DNA from: Hydrolagus colliei
Taxonomy: Eukaryota
Assembly (NCBI GenBank): GCA_035084275.1
Contig: CM068756.1
Location: forward strand, 6,262,001 to 6,326,000
Reading direction: 5' to 3'
Length of the DNA: 64,000 nt
The position numbers and the translations under genes were made by a program. Below are positions 13,866-25,956 of this stretch, in pieces. A model generated the notes under the pieces. The model was not told the origin of the DNA. It made no database searches and saw nothing but the letters and a program-made list of their open reading frames with translations. Within the stretch, counting starts at the first letter, position 1. Each line of letters opens with the position of its first letter.

Positions 13866-14689
13866 TGTACTGCAATTATTAATTCTGTGTTGTAATCATC
13901 TACTCATTCAACCTCCATATACACACATACACACTCTTCAGTGTGTCAGTGGATGGCAATCAGGAATGTTGGCTCAGAAACACTGGTGCCAGTTTTAGCA
14001 TCCTGCTACTTTTCATACTGGACAAAATGATTACCAACTGAGGAATCCAACGAGCCAAATTCTGCATTTTCTTTCTACCATCCTTACTCTGCATTAACCT
14101 CCCAAGCTTTCTGGAGGAAAAGAAAGTGAAGCAGTCCTTTCTTTTGATATTGTATTAATGAAATAATCTCCATTTTATATCGTTGTAGGCAGATACACAA
14201 CTAAATGGATAAATCCGTACATTTAGTTTACATTATCAAAGGTGAAACAGTCAGTAACCCTGACAAAGTGCCTCTAGCGGCATAATGAATGGCATTCTTG
14301 CATAATTTATTAATCCTCCTCTTACTTTTACCATTCCACATAGAAGTGATTGAATTTTTTTTCCTTTGTAGCCTTGCTGACACACTATAAGATGTAAAAT
14401 TGCGGAACTGAGATCATGGACATTAATTTGTGGAACATACCCTGATGCGAGGTTGCAGACATAAATCTCAACATTGAAATACCACTGCCTTACATCCACG
14501 GGCTGCAGACCAACACATTAATAGCGGCATCACCCCAAGACCTTGAAAGGCCAACCTGTGAAGGCTAAATGTTCCCTTGGTGGTTCTCATTTCATCTGCT
14601 TCAAATGTTTTTGCAGTAGTTAACATATATTTAAAATTTATACAATTCATGATCTGTAAGCAGTGCAGCTGCATATATTGAACTCCTTT

Positions 14690-15030
14690 TGGCAGCTTCC
14701 CAGGTAGATAAATGCACTGCATGATGTGGCACCGAGCCACACAGACCAAGAAGGTCCTCAGTTCAATGTGTGGTCTGCACTGAGATAACCAACTTCCTTC
14801 ACCTGGGGCAGTCACATTAGCTTCAGTGACGCATGACCTGGGAGAACGTGGAAAATGTCAGCCAGGACTTTCACTCTTCGTCGTCATTCAGTGATCTTGG
14901 CTGAAATGGACATTGCACAAGGTCAGGATCAAGCAAAGTTGTGAGCATTACCCTTGATAAATCAGTTGCCAATATTCCCTGCCTCAGTATCACTCTTATA
15001 GAATGGCCAGTGAGGGCTGTTGTTTCCCCC
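14690..15030 (+). mobile_element. Ancient tRNA-derived SINE (AmnSINE2/LmeSINE1-like)
   Basis: gagccacacagaccaagaaggtcc...ggtctgcactgag...gaaaatgtcagccagg...cagtgatc; a second copy lies in reverse at 47920-48155. Family name from memory. Confidence 0.6.
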
Positions 15031-15214
15031 ACCTCATCCACCTAATGCAACCATAAATGTAACCCCTACTTTCAGAGGATAAGGTGGAAGAGAGGGTAGT
15101 GGTGTGTGTCTGCGTGTGTGTGCACGCGAAAGGAGGCGGGTGGGGGATTGAATGAAAACCATTTGTATATTTTCTTCAAAATTCCACAAAGAATCAGAGT
15201 GAGGAGATGTGTTA

Positions 15215-15455
15215 GAAGACATGATCAAATAATGTAATTGTAAGCAGCTAATTTAACTTAAAATTCGAAGCACAAATCTAAAGGGAACATGTACAAAATT
15301 TGGCATTCAGAGAAATGCTTTCCCTGCCCACCAGCAGATACGTGGTATAGCCTCCCATCAAAACCATTCAATGTTGCAATGATTAACTCCTTTCAAAACA
15401 AGTGGAATAAATATCCAGTTATGAAAAGGATTAACAGTTGCATTTCTAATTATAA
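15215..15455 (+). mobile_element. Decayed CR1 ORF2 C-terminus; tail resumes at ~16170-16245
   Basis: Translation includes WYSLPSKPFNVAMINSFQNKWNKY (CR1 'WN.LP..VV.A..I..FK..LD' motif); CR1-type tail ggctcagtggactgaatgaccttttcctgttct at ~16200-16235. Confidence 0.55.
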
Positions 15456-15464
15456 ATCATACAC

Positions 15465-16164
15465 TGTGAGGGTTCCATCCTGATAGGGCCCTGGAAATGA
15501 CACGTGTGATAGCAGCTCTGTGTTGATTAAATAAATGGAGCCAAATCCAAGGTAGAGGCTTTTTTTTAGTCAGCTGGCTGTCAGAACTCCATCTCCATGA
15601 TAAAGAATATCCAAACCAGACTAGGAGTTCCACATATCTATACCTACACCTACATAGGGAAATAAAAATATCCCTGTGCACCCTTTCCTAGGAGGCACAT
15701 ACCCCACTTAATTTAACACAGGGGAGTATTATAGGCATAGGTTGGTAAGAGTTAAGGCAAGGGGACACCAGTGTATGTGTTGAGCACATTGCTGGAGATT
15801 AACCAGCTAAAACTGCTTAGCTCGCCATTTGAGAGTGCTGTGTCTAGCAAGCTTCCCGCCACCGGTCAGCTAGAACCACCCTATCCTTGGCTCCCGGGGT
15901 TAACAAGAGAGGAGCTGGAGTGATCCCTGTTCCCAAGAATTGATCTGGCACTCCAAGTCCTACCCGAAAAGCCAAGCTGGCTAATCTGTTATCAGCAGTG
16001 CCCTAGAGTATTGTGGGCATGCCTGGCTCGGGAATCAGACTATCGAGACCACCACGAGGAGGGTGACCACGATTCTGACATTCGATTGCCAAACACGCCA
16101 CCTTAGAGCCTGCTCAGCTCCAAGGACACGTCACTTAACTCCTTTCCAAGGAGGGACGGCCACA
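15465..16164. mobile_element. Unclassified ~700-bp insertion, solo-LTR-like
   Basis: Starts TGTG, ends CACA, has imperfect terminal inverted similarity and separates two CR1 pieces; no clean target-site duplication seen. Confidence 0.4.
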
Positions 16165-17870
16165 GTAGTGTGGACTGGAGCGGCTTGGTTGGAATAAGCA
16201 GGCTCAGTGGACTGAATGACCTTTTCCTGTTCTGTTCTTTGGTATTCTCCTCATTACCAAATCATAGATTTCAACATTTCAGTTGGTATAAAAATGCAAG
16301 GAGTGAAAAAAGAATAAATCATTGTCAGCACAGGATGTAGTCAATTAACAAGAGGAATACATTATAAAACAATGTGCCTGCATATGGTAAGAGGGACATG
16401 GCATTTTACCCTGTGACGACTTGTATTGATTCTAAACAATATCCATATTGTAGTTGTTTGACTTGAACCAGAAGAACCTTAGATTTATATTATTTTATAT
16501 TTTATTTTATAATGTATGATGGTGCCGTTAAGACAGAATGTGCCACAATAAAATGGTTATGACCAAACATCTTTCTCTCTTTACGTTATTCAATGTTACC
16601 ACATTTCACGCAGACAAGTGACAGCTTTGAATTTTTGTTTCATTTTCATTGTTGGAGGGAAACCATGCAACAAAATAACAAAACTATTTTTAGTTAGTAA
16701 ATGAGAGAGGAAAAGGAGATCCAGAATAAGTGGGTGGTTAGCGAGAATATTAGAGCAGTTGTGAAAGAAGCAAATATTTCTAACTCCTCCGAGAGCCTAC
16801 TCAGACTCCTTGATGTCATGGTTAAAATGTTTCAGGACTTATTTGCTGCACTTCTTAATCTCCCATTCAAACTATCGGTGCTTTCAACTGCAAACAAGCG
16901 TGAGGACTGAATTATGCTGTGTGACTGGAAATTCTGTTATGAAAGCCCTGCCACAGCCAGGCCGTGCTAAACCAACCACAAACTTGTTGCTCATTAGAAA
17001 GAAAATATCATAATGACATGCTTCTCCTGCTAAAAGATACTTTTTTTTTCTTGCCAAAAACAAAATGTGTAATAAAGCAGTCCTCGATAATCTTGCTTAA
17101 GCAAAACAGAAAATAGAACCCGGTTGTCAAAATAGAAATGAATGCAAACAGAAGCTAAATCTGAAATGTTTATCTGTCTTTACCTAATGTTTCCTTTGTA
17201 ATTAGGATTGTTAATAAAAAAAAATTACAACTGGCTCCAATTTTCTCGTCGTAAATCCACCTCCCCATGGGTTTTGTGAAATTATCTTAATGGGGGGTTT
17301 ACTTGAAGTTTGCAAGCTGAACATAGCTGCTTAAGTTTCTGTGAATTTGAAAAATTAAAGCGTTGAGTTTTTTTTTTGTGTCCCCGTTTGTTTCTCTCCA
17401 TCTCCACGTGAGGGGGAACTGAGCTATACAACCTCAGCTGTCACCTTGCCAGGGCAAGAGACGCCAAGACTGCTGCTGTGCCAATGGCTCAGATCCTATT
17501 TGGAAGTGGATTACTCATGCAGTGAAGACGCTTCGACTTGGGAGCTAGTAGTGAGAAGAAACAATTGGGAAGTCAAGTGATAGGTAGCAGTGGTTGAGAA
17601 GTCAGAAAATTTAACAATTTAGCTTAAATTTCTGCTCTGTGCGGGTTTTTTTTTAGGAGCCTCAGATGAACCTCCAAAACACCTGCCATGTAATCTGCTT
17701 TGAAAACATGCAAGTTCAATTAGTATTACTATGAACTGTTATGTCAGTTTTGCTACTTTTATGCATATTATGTTACATTCATACAAGCTGTGGTGCATTC
17801 TGAGAACGTATGCGTTGATTGTCATTAGTTTGCCATTTTATTAACCTCCGTGGTACAGTTGGTGTGTAAT

Positions 17871-17900
17871 TAACTAACTAACTAACTAGCTAACTAACTA
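17871..17900. repeat. (TAAC)n microsatellite
   Basis: taactaactaactaactagctaactaacta. Confidence 0.9.
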
Positions 17901-18049
17901 AGTGGTAGCACTTCCCTCTTCCTTCATGTTTACCTACAGCGAGTTTTCTATCCCAACGCAGCACTTTGGGGAGGCCAAACATATCCCTAAGGGATAGAGG
18001 TAAATTTACGACTTGGCCAAGATAGTGGTTGTATGGACAGGTATCAGAG

Positions 18050-18545
18050 TTAAACAACTTCTTTCCCTCTGTTCTACAGATCCACTACTGCATGAAAATA
18101 ATTTCTCATTTCAAGTCTCGCTCACAACTTGATTATTTCAAACATATGTCCTCAATTTCTGCGCTCACACTGTAAACAGTTGGTTTACATTGACATCATC
18201 TCTGTTTTTCCACATTGCAAAGACCTAAATCATGTCACCCTCTATTCTTATTTTCTCCAATGAATACTAGTCCAGCTGGCATTTGTCTTCCCTTGCCACC
18301 TAGAGCCCTACCTGTCTGTTCTCCTTCATCTACTCTCTCCAATGCCTCAATGCCCTTTTAAAGAGAGATCATCCAAAACTGCACACTGTATTCCCAATGT
18401 GGCCTCACCAATGATTGACACAAGGTTAGAATATCTTCTTTCAACTATTCAAATATCTCAACCAAGTATTTGATTAGCTTTGACGATAACAGCTTCATAT
18501 TGATTTAAAAACGTTCAAAGAATGATCAATAACACCTAAATCAGT
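18050..18545 (-). mobile_element. CR1 LINE ORF2 fragment
   Basis: Minus strand reads LVRPHWEYSVQFW...KGIEALERV..., the CR1 'LVRPHLEYCVQFW...LERVQRR' motif. Confidence 0.85.
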
Positions 18546-20710
18546 ACTACCGCAGTGCAACAATGCTAACCGAACATGTATTTATATAATATTAATGTAG
18601 CATACTTATTAAGCAGATTCAAGCAGGAGCATTTTTATTCTTTTTATGTACTACCCTTTGCTGTTTATTAAATTATTCATGACTATATTTAACAGCAAAA
18701 CTTAATAAGTTTTAGCAATAAATAACAATAAAAAGAAGACCATCAATATGTGGTGTGAATCTCAGAATACAAATACTGTGGTTAGTTATACAGAATTATT
18801 CACCTCAGATGAATTTTGCAACATATTCTACATATAGTCTAGTGTGCTTAGAATCTCTCTTTGTACTGTAGTGGTGCTTTTTTTTTATCATTATTTTACT
18901 TTAATTTATATACATATTTATACAGGATAATCCAATTACCCAAGAAGATGAGTCTCTCACAGTCTCATATTCTCAAGATAATTAAAAACAATAAATTTAC
19001 ACGAGACTATCTAAAAGCAGAATGCATAGACAATATAAAAACTGCAAGATATTGTAATGAACCTCTGTTTTACTTATTAACCAGAATTCCCTCCCATGCT
19101 CATGTTATAACTGTTCCACGTTTTAGAAAATGTAATTGTTCATTCTCAATTACTGCTATTTCCCCCACTGTTTCCTGTTCCTATTTTCTGCACAATTTCT
19201 TCGCTTGCAGGCTACCACATGGCCACCTCCAGGTAGAGAAAGCAAGATGGTCCCTGCCGTCAATTTCTGCAGGACTTCAATCAATGCTGCTCTCTCCAGC
19301 GGGAGATGAAATTTGTGCGCAGAACATTAGATTATTGCCAGATTTCTTCCCTCCTTATCCTTGAAATGGGAAGTTCCGCAAGCTTGTGTGGTACTTGTGT
19401 GGCACAAAACCCACCCAAAAGCTAAGGTGAATGAGGCCCGCCATCCCCAAGTCAATATATTCCGAATAGGAATCGAATCCTCATCCATTTCCACTACCAG
19501 CCTACTCAAAGCTGTATTTACACTCAAAATTACAGACATCAACGTCAATATATCTTTTATTATATTTATACATAGACACACACACACACACGCACACACT
19601 CTCATACAATGCCCAACATCAACATTTTCAATGAAAACTTACAGTCCTTTGCTGACAGAAAATAAAACATTCATGGTTACATCTGTAAAAGCATGTAAAC
19701 ATTTAAAACCACAACAAACATTGGATACTTTGCTCGTACATCTAAGGAGTTAGGAAGACTATTGAGCCTCTCAGCAACTTAACAGAAAACTGAAAACATT
19801 TGTCCAGATTTGGGGGTCTGAGAATCTACACCATTTTGTCAAGCGTCTTTGGAAACAGAAAGCAACAAATGATTGAGGAAGCTTTGCCGTGCTTTTGAAA
19901 TATTTGCTGAATCCCAAATCCGTGTCACTTGCAGTGCTACTCGTTTCTTTTTGAATAAACCGAGCGAATTTGAAACTCAAACATTAGCAAGGGATTTCCT
20001 ACTTCCTCCATTATAAGTCAATAGTGGAGGAGAACCCACTCTTTCACAACCCGTGTAGTTGGGTAACCTGACTCACATGCTGGTCTGCATTAGACTGAAA
20101 CTATATGACTAAGCGACTCACTTTATGTGAATCTACTCACAGTTAAAGTCCTGCTGGATGTTCACATGACACTTTGTCAGCAGTGCAACTTATATGGTGT
20201 GCTTTATTCTATTATGAATGAGAACTGTCCTGACCACTCAGGAGAATAAATTCAGCAAATTTGGCTGTGGTGTCGCTTGTCTATAAATCCAGGGTCAGTG
20301 ACTTCTGAATAATGGCCCAGTTATCCCACTCCTTCCCTCACCACAATATATTTGTTTTTTCATGAAAACCGCAGTTGTCATTCAGATGTCTAATGAGTGT
20401 TGGACATTGGGATTAGCCTATAAGGGAAAAAAAAAGTCTGTGCGTCCCACCTTGCCCTTTAATTTGTGACATGTCGAAAATTTCCAGTGAAAATCTAATG
20501 AAGTCATGTTTTTTTATGATGAATCATGTCCTAGCTTGTCTGATGGCCCACACATAAGCACTGAATGCCAAATAGCAACACAGCTCCAACCCCCATTCCC
20601 AGCATGACCAAGTCTTACCAACTCTCCCACCCTAGATTTTAGTGAGAGAAAATGTGCATTGTGTAAATGGAAAGTTTGACATCAATCATCTCACCCTCAT
20701 TGAATCCTAC

Positions 20711-20821
20711 CTTTCGAAGGCCAGTTGCAGAATAGCTTTGACAAATAGCGATCACACCAAGGTCCGCGACCCAGACTAACCCACCATCATAGCTGGAGGG
20801 GGTTGGATCATGGCAAGAAAC
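20711..20821 (-). other. Putative internal exon (111 nt) of an unidentified minus-strand transcript
   Basis: Long pyrimidine tract and acceptor ttcttccattcttcttcttttgcag|GTT; donor GAAAG|gtagga; CpGs retained in a CpG-poor intron. Phase-0 frame is open (VSCHDPTPSSYDGGLVWVADLGVIAICQSYSATGLRK); the other two frames have stops. Confidence 0.6.
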
Positions 20822-21429
20822 CTGCAAAAGAAGAAGAATGGAAGAAAATAGGAGGAAAACACATGAAACCTTTGTCCCCTCTGCTTTCCAGACAAAATAT
20901 CTGTACATAGCTTTTATTTTATTTATTATTTAAAATATAAATTCAATGCTTAATAGGCTTGACAGTGGTGTTTACAACAATCCTTAAGATTAGTAACATG
21001 TAGAAATATAAGAATTGCTTTGACAATATATCACAATGTTATACTGTAGTACTTTTGAACATGGGGAGGTGAAATGCTACATGATTTTTTGGTTTAAAGT
21101 GTATCAAAATACACAATTATTGAATGTTGAAAATGCTATAAAATGATCTGGGTAATCAACAGGTGATTTGGGATCTTTCATTTTGATTCTGTATTGAGAC
21201 AACTTTTACAGCGATCGTAAAATTCTGTAACAGAAATACAGGATATGGTGACTCTTGCAATTCCTAGACACTAGCGATTATAAGAAATCTTTAGATCAGC
21301 GTTGCATTGCCAACTTTAATTCACTTTCCATTTTCTTATTCACACCCATTGAATCAGAGCTGATTCCTTTCATATCCATTCTTTGAACCATAAGTGAATG
21401 TTCAACCATCCACTTGTTGGTTCAGGACG

Positions 21430-21810
21430 ATGTTAATAAAGCTACCTTGGGGCTATGCTGAAGATCAGGGAGTTCTCCCTGTGCCAATATTTATAGGAGC
21501 GAGAAGGAATTAGTGGGGTATAGGAGAGAGGATTAGGAGAAGTGGAGGCCCATGTGGAGCACAAATACTGGCATAGATTCAGGCAGAACATGGTCTGTTT
21601 CCTCACTGTAACTATGTAACTTCTTCCTCAACCACACACACAAAAACTAATTTAATCATTGCTGATGTGGGTCATTGCTGATTTAAATTAGTTGCCATGT
21701 TTATCTGCATACCAAACGTCAATACGCTGAATAATAACATAATATTGTATGAAGCAGTTTGAGACATTGCAATGTGGTAAGGCCTTACATCAAATGCAAG
21801 TTTTATTAAT
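21430..21810 (+). mobile_element. Old DeuSINE (SacSINE1/AmnSINE1-like) interrupted by a CR1-type tail at ~21495-21620
   Basis: Deu core cagggagttctccctgtgccaatatttat / ttcctcaacc...tgctgatgtgggtcattgctg...atcaaatgcaagtttt is split by gtggaggcccatgtggagcacaaatactggcatag...ctgtaactatgtaac. Confidence 0.6.
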
Positions 21811-22445
21811 GTTTAAACATATGGCTTTCTGATCATGTTTAAGCTGGTCCTGTAAAGGATTAAAAAGGAATCCATAATTTCTCGATTGGCTACGTACACA
21901 ATGGTCTATATGTAAACACCGCGTGTGCTTCAGTTTAAAGCAGGCAGGAAACACTTTAGGATGCCGTAGATTAATAAACATCAGCTAAAGATCAAGAGGA
22001 ACAGGAATTAGAGAAGCAGCAAAAAAGAATAAATGCAGGAACAATGACAGAATGAAAGCAACACGAAAAGATCCACCTTGTATCGAACAGTTTCAAAATA
22101 GCAATAGCCAACAACAACTTGCACATATATATATCACTCTTCACGTCAAATAAATTTTCAGAGTGCTTCATAGTGACGGGATCAGACACCAAGTGAGGAG
22201 GAGGGGGACGGGGGTGGGTTGGGGGAGGTGGGGGGGGGTGGAGGAGATAATGTCAATGTCTATTAATAGACAGCAATCAAATAAAACAATAAGCTGAGCA
22301 GATGGATGGAGTTATTAACCCTACATGAAATCAGAATAATTTCTGGAACGTTGTTGGGGGCTTCTTTTTTTAAGCTCTTTTTATTCCCACCTTCCAGCCT
22401 CCCCGTCTTCCTCCTTCAAATAAATCATGGTGAGGATTACTTTAC

Positions 22446-22783
22446 CATGTTCTCCATCAATATTGCCCACTATCCGCTAATATGACATATGCTTGCAAGG
22501 CATGATGATTGTCTGTCAATCTCTCCCCGCTGCCCTCCCCCCCCCCCCACCCTCCCCCTTCCAACACCCAGTAATCCTTCAAAGAACCTACAAAACATGC
22601 ATTTAGTGCGTGAAAGTGAGTTCACATATCAGTCCAGCCTGAAACTCTGAACCTGATCCGGAATGGGATTCTAATTTTTTTTAAATTAATAATACTTCCA
22701 ACAGTAGAATATGGATTATGGACAAAGCAACAAAAATTGAGTAATACAAGGTATAAACTCTCACACAGAAACAGAATGGACAT
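22446..22783 (-). other. Candidate minus-strand 5' exon ending ATG GAG AAC ATG|gtaaag
   Basis: Acceptor ctttctccttcttgcag| just above 22783; donor at 22445; splicing of MENM in phase 0 to the 111-nt exon would stay open. Confidence 0.3.
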
Positions 22784-23090
22784 CTGCAAGAAGGAGAAAG
22801 TGGGATTTAAAAATACTGGGGAAAAAGTCACTGAATACTACATTTGTTGCACAACGGAACTTGTAAATGCAAAAAAATTACCATGTGAGTTTACACAGAT
22901 CTTCCTTCAAGAATTGAAACAACTGTAATGCCCAACTACTCTGCCCAGATCCATTTATACCATGCGTCTTTTCCAGCGTCATATTATTTTCGCTGTAAGT
23001 GTCAAAGAAATTTCCCTTTCAGTCACGCACATTGTGGTCTGGTACGGCAGTCTTTTTCTGTGCACTAGAATACTACGAAGTAGTCCCACG

Positions 23091-23104
23091 GTTGCCGTGG
23101 AGAC
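23091..23104. promoter_or_regulatory. RFX X-box motif
   Basis: GTTGCCGTGGAGAC fits the RFX consensus GTTGCCATGGNRAC; neighbours are actac...gtagtccc (ZNF143-like) and a TGCGTCA half-CRE at 23160-23166. Confidence 0.6.
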
Positions 23105-23169
23105 GGGTAGGATGCTCGCAGACACCGCGAGCCAACATGAGGATACGTGATTCTTACATTGCGTCAGCT

Positions 23170-23237
23170 GGTGTAGCAGGAGCGTGCTTTTGTTTGTGCG
23201 GCTGCCGCTACAGAAACCTTCGAGGCGGTTATTAGGC
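23170..23237 (+). other. Candidate non-coding first exon of a plus-strand transcript
   Basis: CpG-rich stretch downstream of the X-box/half-CRE ending in GGC|GTGAGT (donor 23238-23243). Start site is a guess. Confidence 0.35.
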
Positions 23238-23974
23238 GTGAGTTGCTATGGTTTCTGCTGGAAGTCATTCTTGTCGATTCCCAGCACTCATTTGTTGGTG
23301 TTTGTTTTCGGTGCCTTGCAACAAAGTAGTTTCGGTCGTGACACAATCTTTGCACACATGAGGTGGCGAGGTCTTCATCACTCGGCATTATCGGCCGCGT
23401 TGGTCGTAACAATATCAAACTACTATGAGAAAGATATCCCGAAGGTTTGTGTGTGGGTTTTTTTTAAGAAGTATGAGACGGCAGCCTCTTCAGATTGCGG
23501 AATTTATTTCCACGCTGAAGGATCACAGCAAAGCAACACTACAAATGCCTGCGCAAAGTAGCCTGTGGGAGTTAGCAGGGAAACTCCGAAAGGCTGCTTA
23601 GAGTAAGTGAATGAAAGCAACACTTTTAAACAACTACTACTCAACAAGTGAAAGAGTGGCCAGGTGACCACAGGCGTGTTCACAACTTCTACCCTTGCAG
23701 TTTCAAGTTGAGTCAATAGGGGGTGCTGAAATGGTTTCTGAGTCTCAACCCCCCACCCCTCCACTATATTTCCATTACTCTTGTCAGCTGAGTATCTTGT
23801 ATTGTCTCAGTGCTGTACCTGATGAACAGGCCAACACTGTCAAATCCCCCGTGTGGGAGGCGTCCGAGTATAAATCGCAGCAACTGAGCCGCACAGTCAC
23901 AAAAGATTACACTTGGCAATATCTCCAGACTACTATACATAAGCAGATAATGCAGCTTTGCGAAGGCAAAAAGA

Positions 23975-24080
23975 ACAATAATAATAATCCTTGCATTTGA
24001 AAGAGCATCTTATCACGTCGTCGAGACATCTCAAAATGCTTCGCGGGGTATACTGCAAAGTGTATAACTTGTGGGCGAAA
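23975..24080 (-). mobile_element. SINE 3' tail
   Basis: aataataataatccttgcatttga...acatctcaaaatgcttc...atactgcaaagtg...tgtgggcgaaa. Confidence 0.75.
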
Positions 24081-24441
24081 AGAGGCCCCCTGAATCAATC
24101 AAAATCACCTTCTGATGATTGATGTTTGAAAGGTGCGTGGGAATAATTCTCCCCAAAAATTCTCCCCGAAACAGAGATCCACTCACAACACAAATCTCTC
24201 AAGGAACTGCGTTCCTCGATGAATCAATGCGATGGGATGAAAATATCAACACCTCAAGGACAGAAAGAGGAATTTCATGTCTTCACCGCTCTTTAAGGAA
24301 AATCACCCAAAACACATGACTTTTTTTTTAAATGGCAGGAACTAGTTTAATGTGACTAACCTTTTTTTTCCTTCCTCTGAGGTTCATCTTTTTGGGGACA
24401 ATATTTTTCTTAGCTTTACAGGTTGGTCGTTTTATCATCAC

Positions 24442-24478
24442 TGAGTGAGTGAGTGAGTGAGTGAGTGGTGAGTGAGTG
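24442..24478. repeat. (GAGT)n microsatellite
   Basis: tgagtgagtgagtgagtgagtgagtggtgagtgagtg. Confidence 0.9.
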
Positions 24479-25887
24479 GAGACAATCCAGACCACAGAGT
24501 TGTCTGTCTCTGAAGCAGCATCTACAGCTACCCCATGTTCAAAACAGCAGGAATCAGTGGGAATGGCATTCAACCAGAACCAGCTGAACAGTCCCCCACT
24601 CCCCTCTCACCGAAAATAGTGTTTTCATCCAGGATTTCATTCGGGAGGCATTTGAGACATGAGGATGGGTGGGGGGGGTGGGGGGGGGGGGGTCACTAAA
24701 CGTAGATAGATTTGATTGACAGCGTGTTAAGAACTCCTTCTGAAAAATCAATCTGTTGTTTTGTTCTGCTGGGTCGATAATTTAATTAAAAAGATACATA
24801 AAACCAGCCATTATTTGACACAATAACTGCCAGAGTGGGGTGTTTTCTTAAAAATATATATATATATATATTTTAAAACTGCAACGTTAGATACCTAACC
24901 TACAAAGCTTGACTTCATTGAAGCTAAAGTTCAATCTCACCACTGTTGGCATTTGGGAATGAACTGCCCTTCCATTTGTTGCACGTAAACGTGAACGACT
25001 CTCGACGGTGCATTTGCAAAGCTAGACATTCCTCACTGCTAACTGTGGCGACAAAGTTAAGTCTTGTCATTTTCATCTGTTTGAGGGGTGGGTGTGTTGG
25101 GGGGGGGGGGGGGGGGGGGGGAGCTAAAGGAAGGTTGTACTTCTCCTGTGGTGAATTTCAGAGGCACTTCAGTGTAAGAATCAAACGCCCAAAAAGCAAA
25201 GATCGTTGAATGACAAAGATTATTTGACACTAAAAATGCAATCAGGACATGGTTTCCGATATGATTTCGCATTTCCACCCCCGCCCCCCCCACCCCCTCA
25301 CACACACACACACAAACACTGAATTGCCAGCGCAGGACATTGAACACAAACAGATACAAACCGCAGCTGACCGGCAATAAATCCACTTTGAGGTGACACA
25401 GGTAGACTTTTTTTTAAAAATTCAACGCGAGATGTCCGAAAAATGGCACAACAACCACAACACAACACTGGGATTCACACCGACGTCGATACCCAACCGG
25501 GAAAGCAAGAATCCGTCAAGAACACCGTAACTTCGTCCCATTCATAAACCCCACAGAGCTCGTCCCTTCCCTCCCCCACGCACATCCAATCCCCTCCTCC
25601 CCATTTTTGTAAGTGCTACTAGTTTCTTATCGGACTTGGGGAATTAGCCTTTTAGTCCCTGAAACATCCATCCTTACAGCTATCTGTCTGTCTGGCCGCC
25701 TGTGTACTGTATACTGTATTTATATATATACACACACATTATGGGAAAGCAATCTCATTCCAGGGAGGCTGATAGAGCTCCCGGCTTTCGCTAGAGTAAC
25801 CTTCCTGACCAGCAGATACAGCTTATCAATGTTCCTTTCAGTCCATGATAAAGATCAGACGTGGGGTGGAGAGAGTGAGAGAGATGT

Positions 25888-25918
<31 letters not shown>

Positions 25919-25924
25919 AGTGGG

Positions 25925-25956
<32 letters not shown>

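Noticed and set aside
13546-13875. ORFs at 13.5-13.9, 51.7-52.1 and 61.9-62.1 kb as host genes
   Set aside because: They are alternative frames of L2 fragments.
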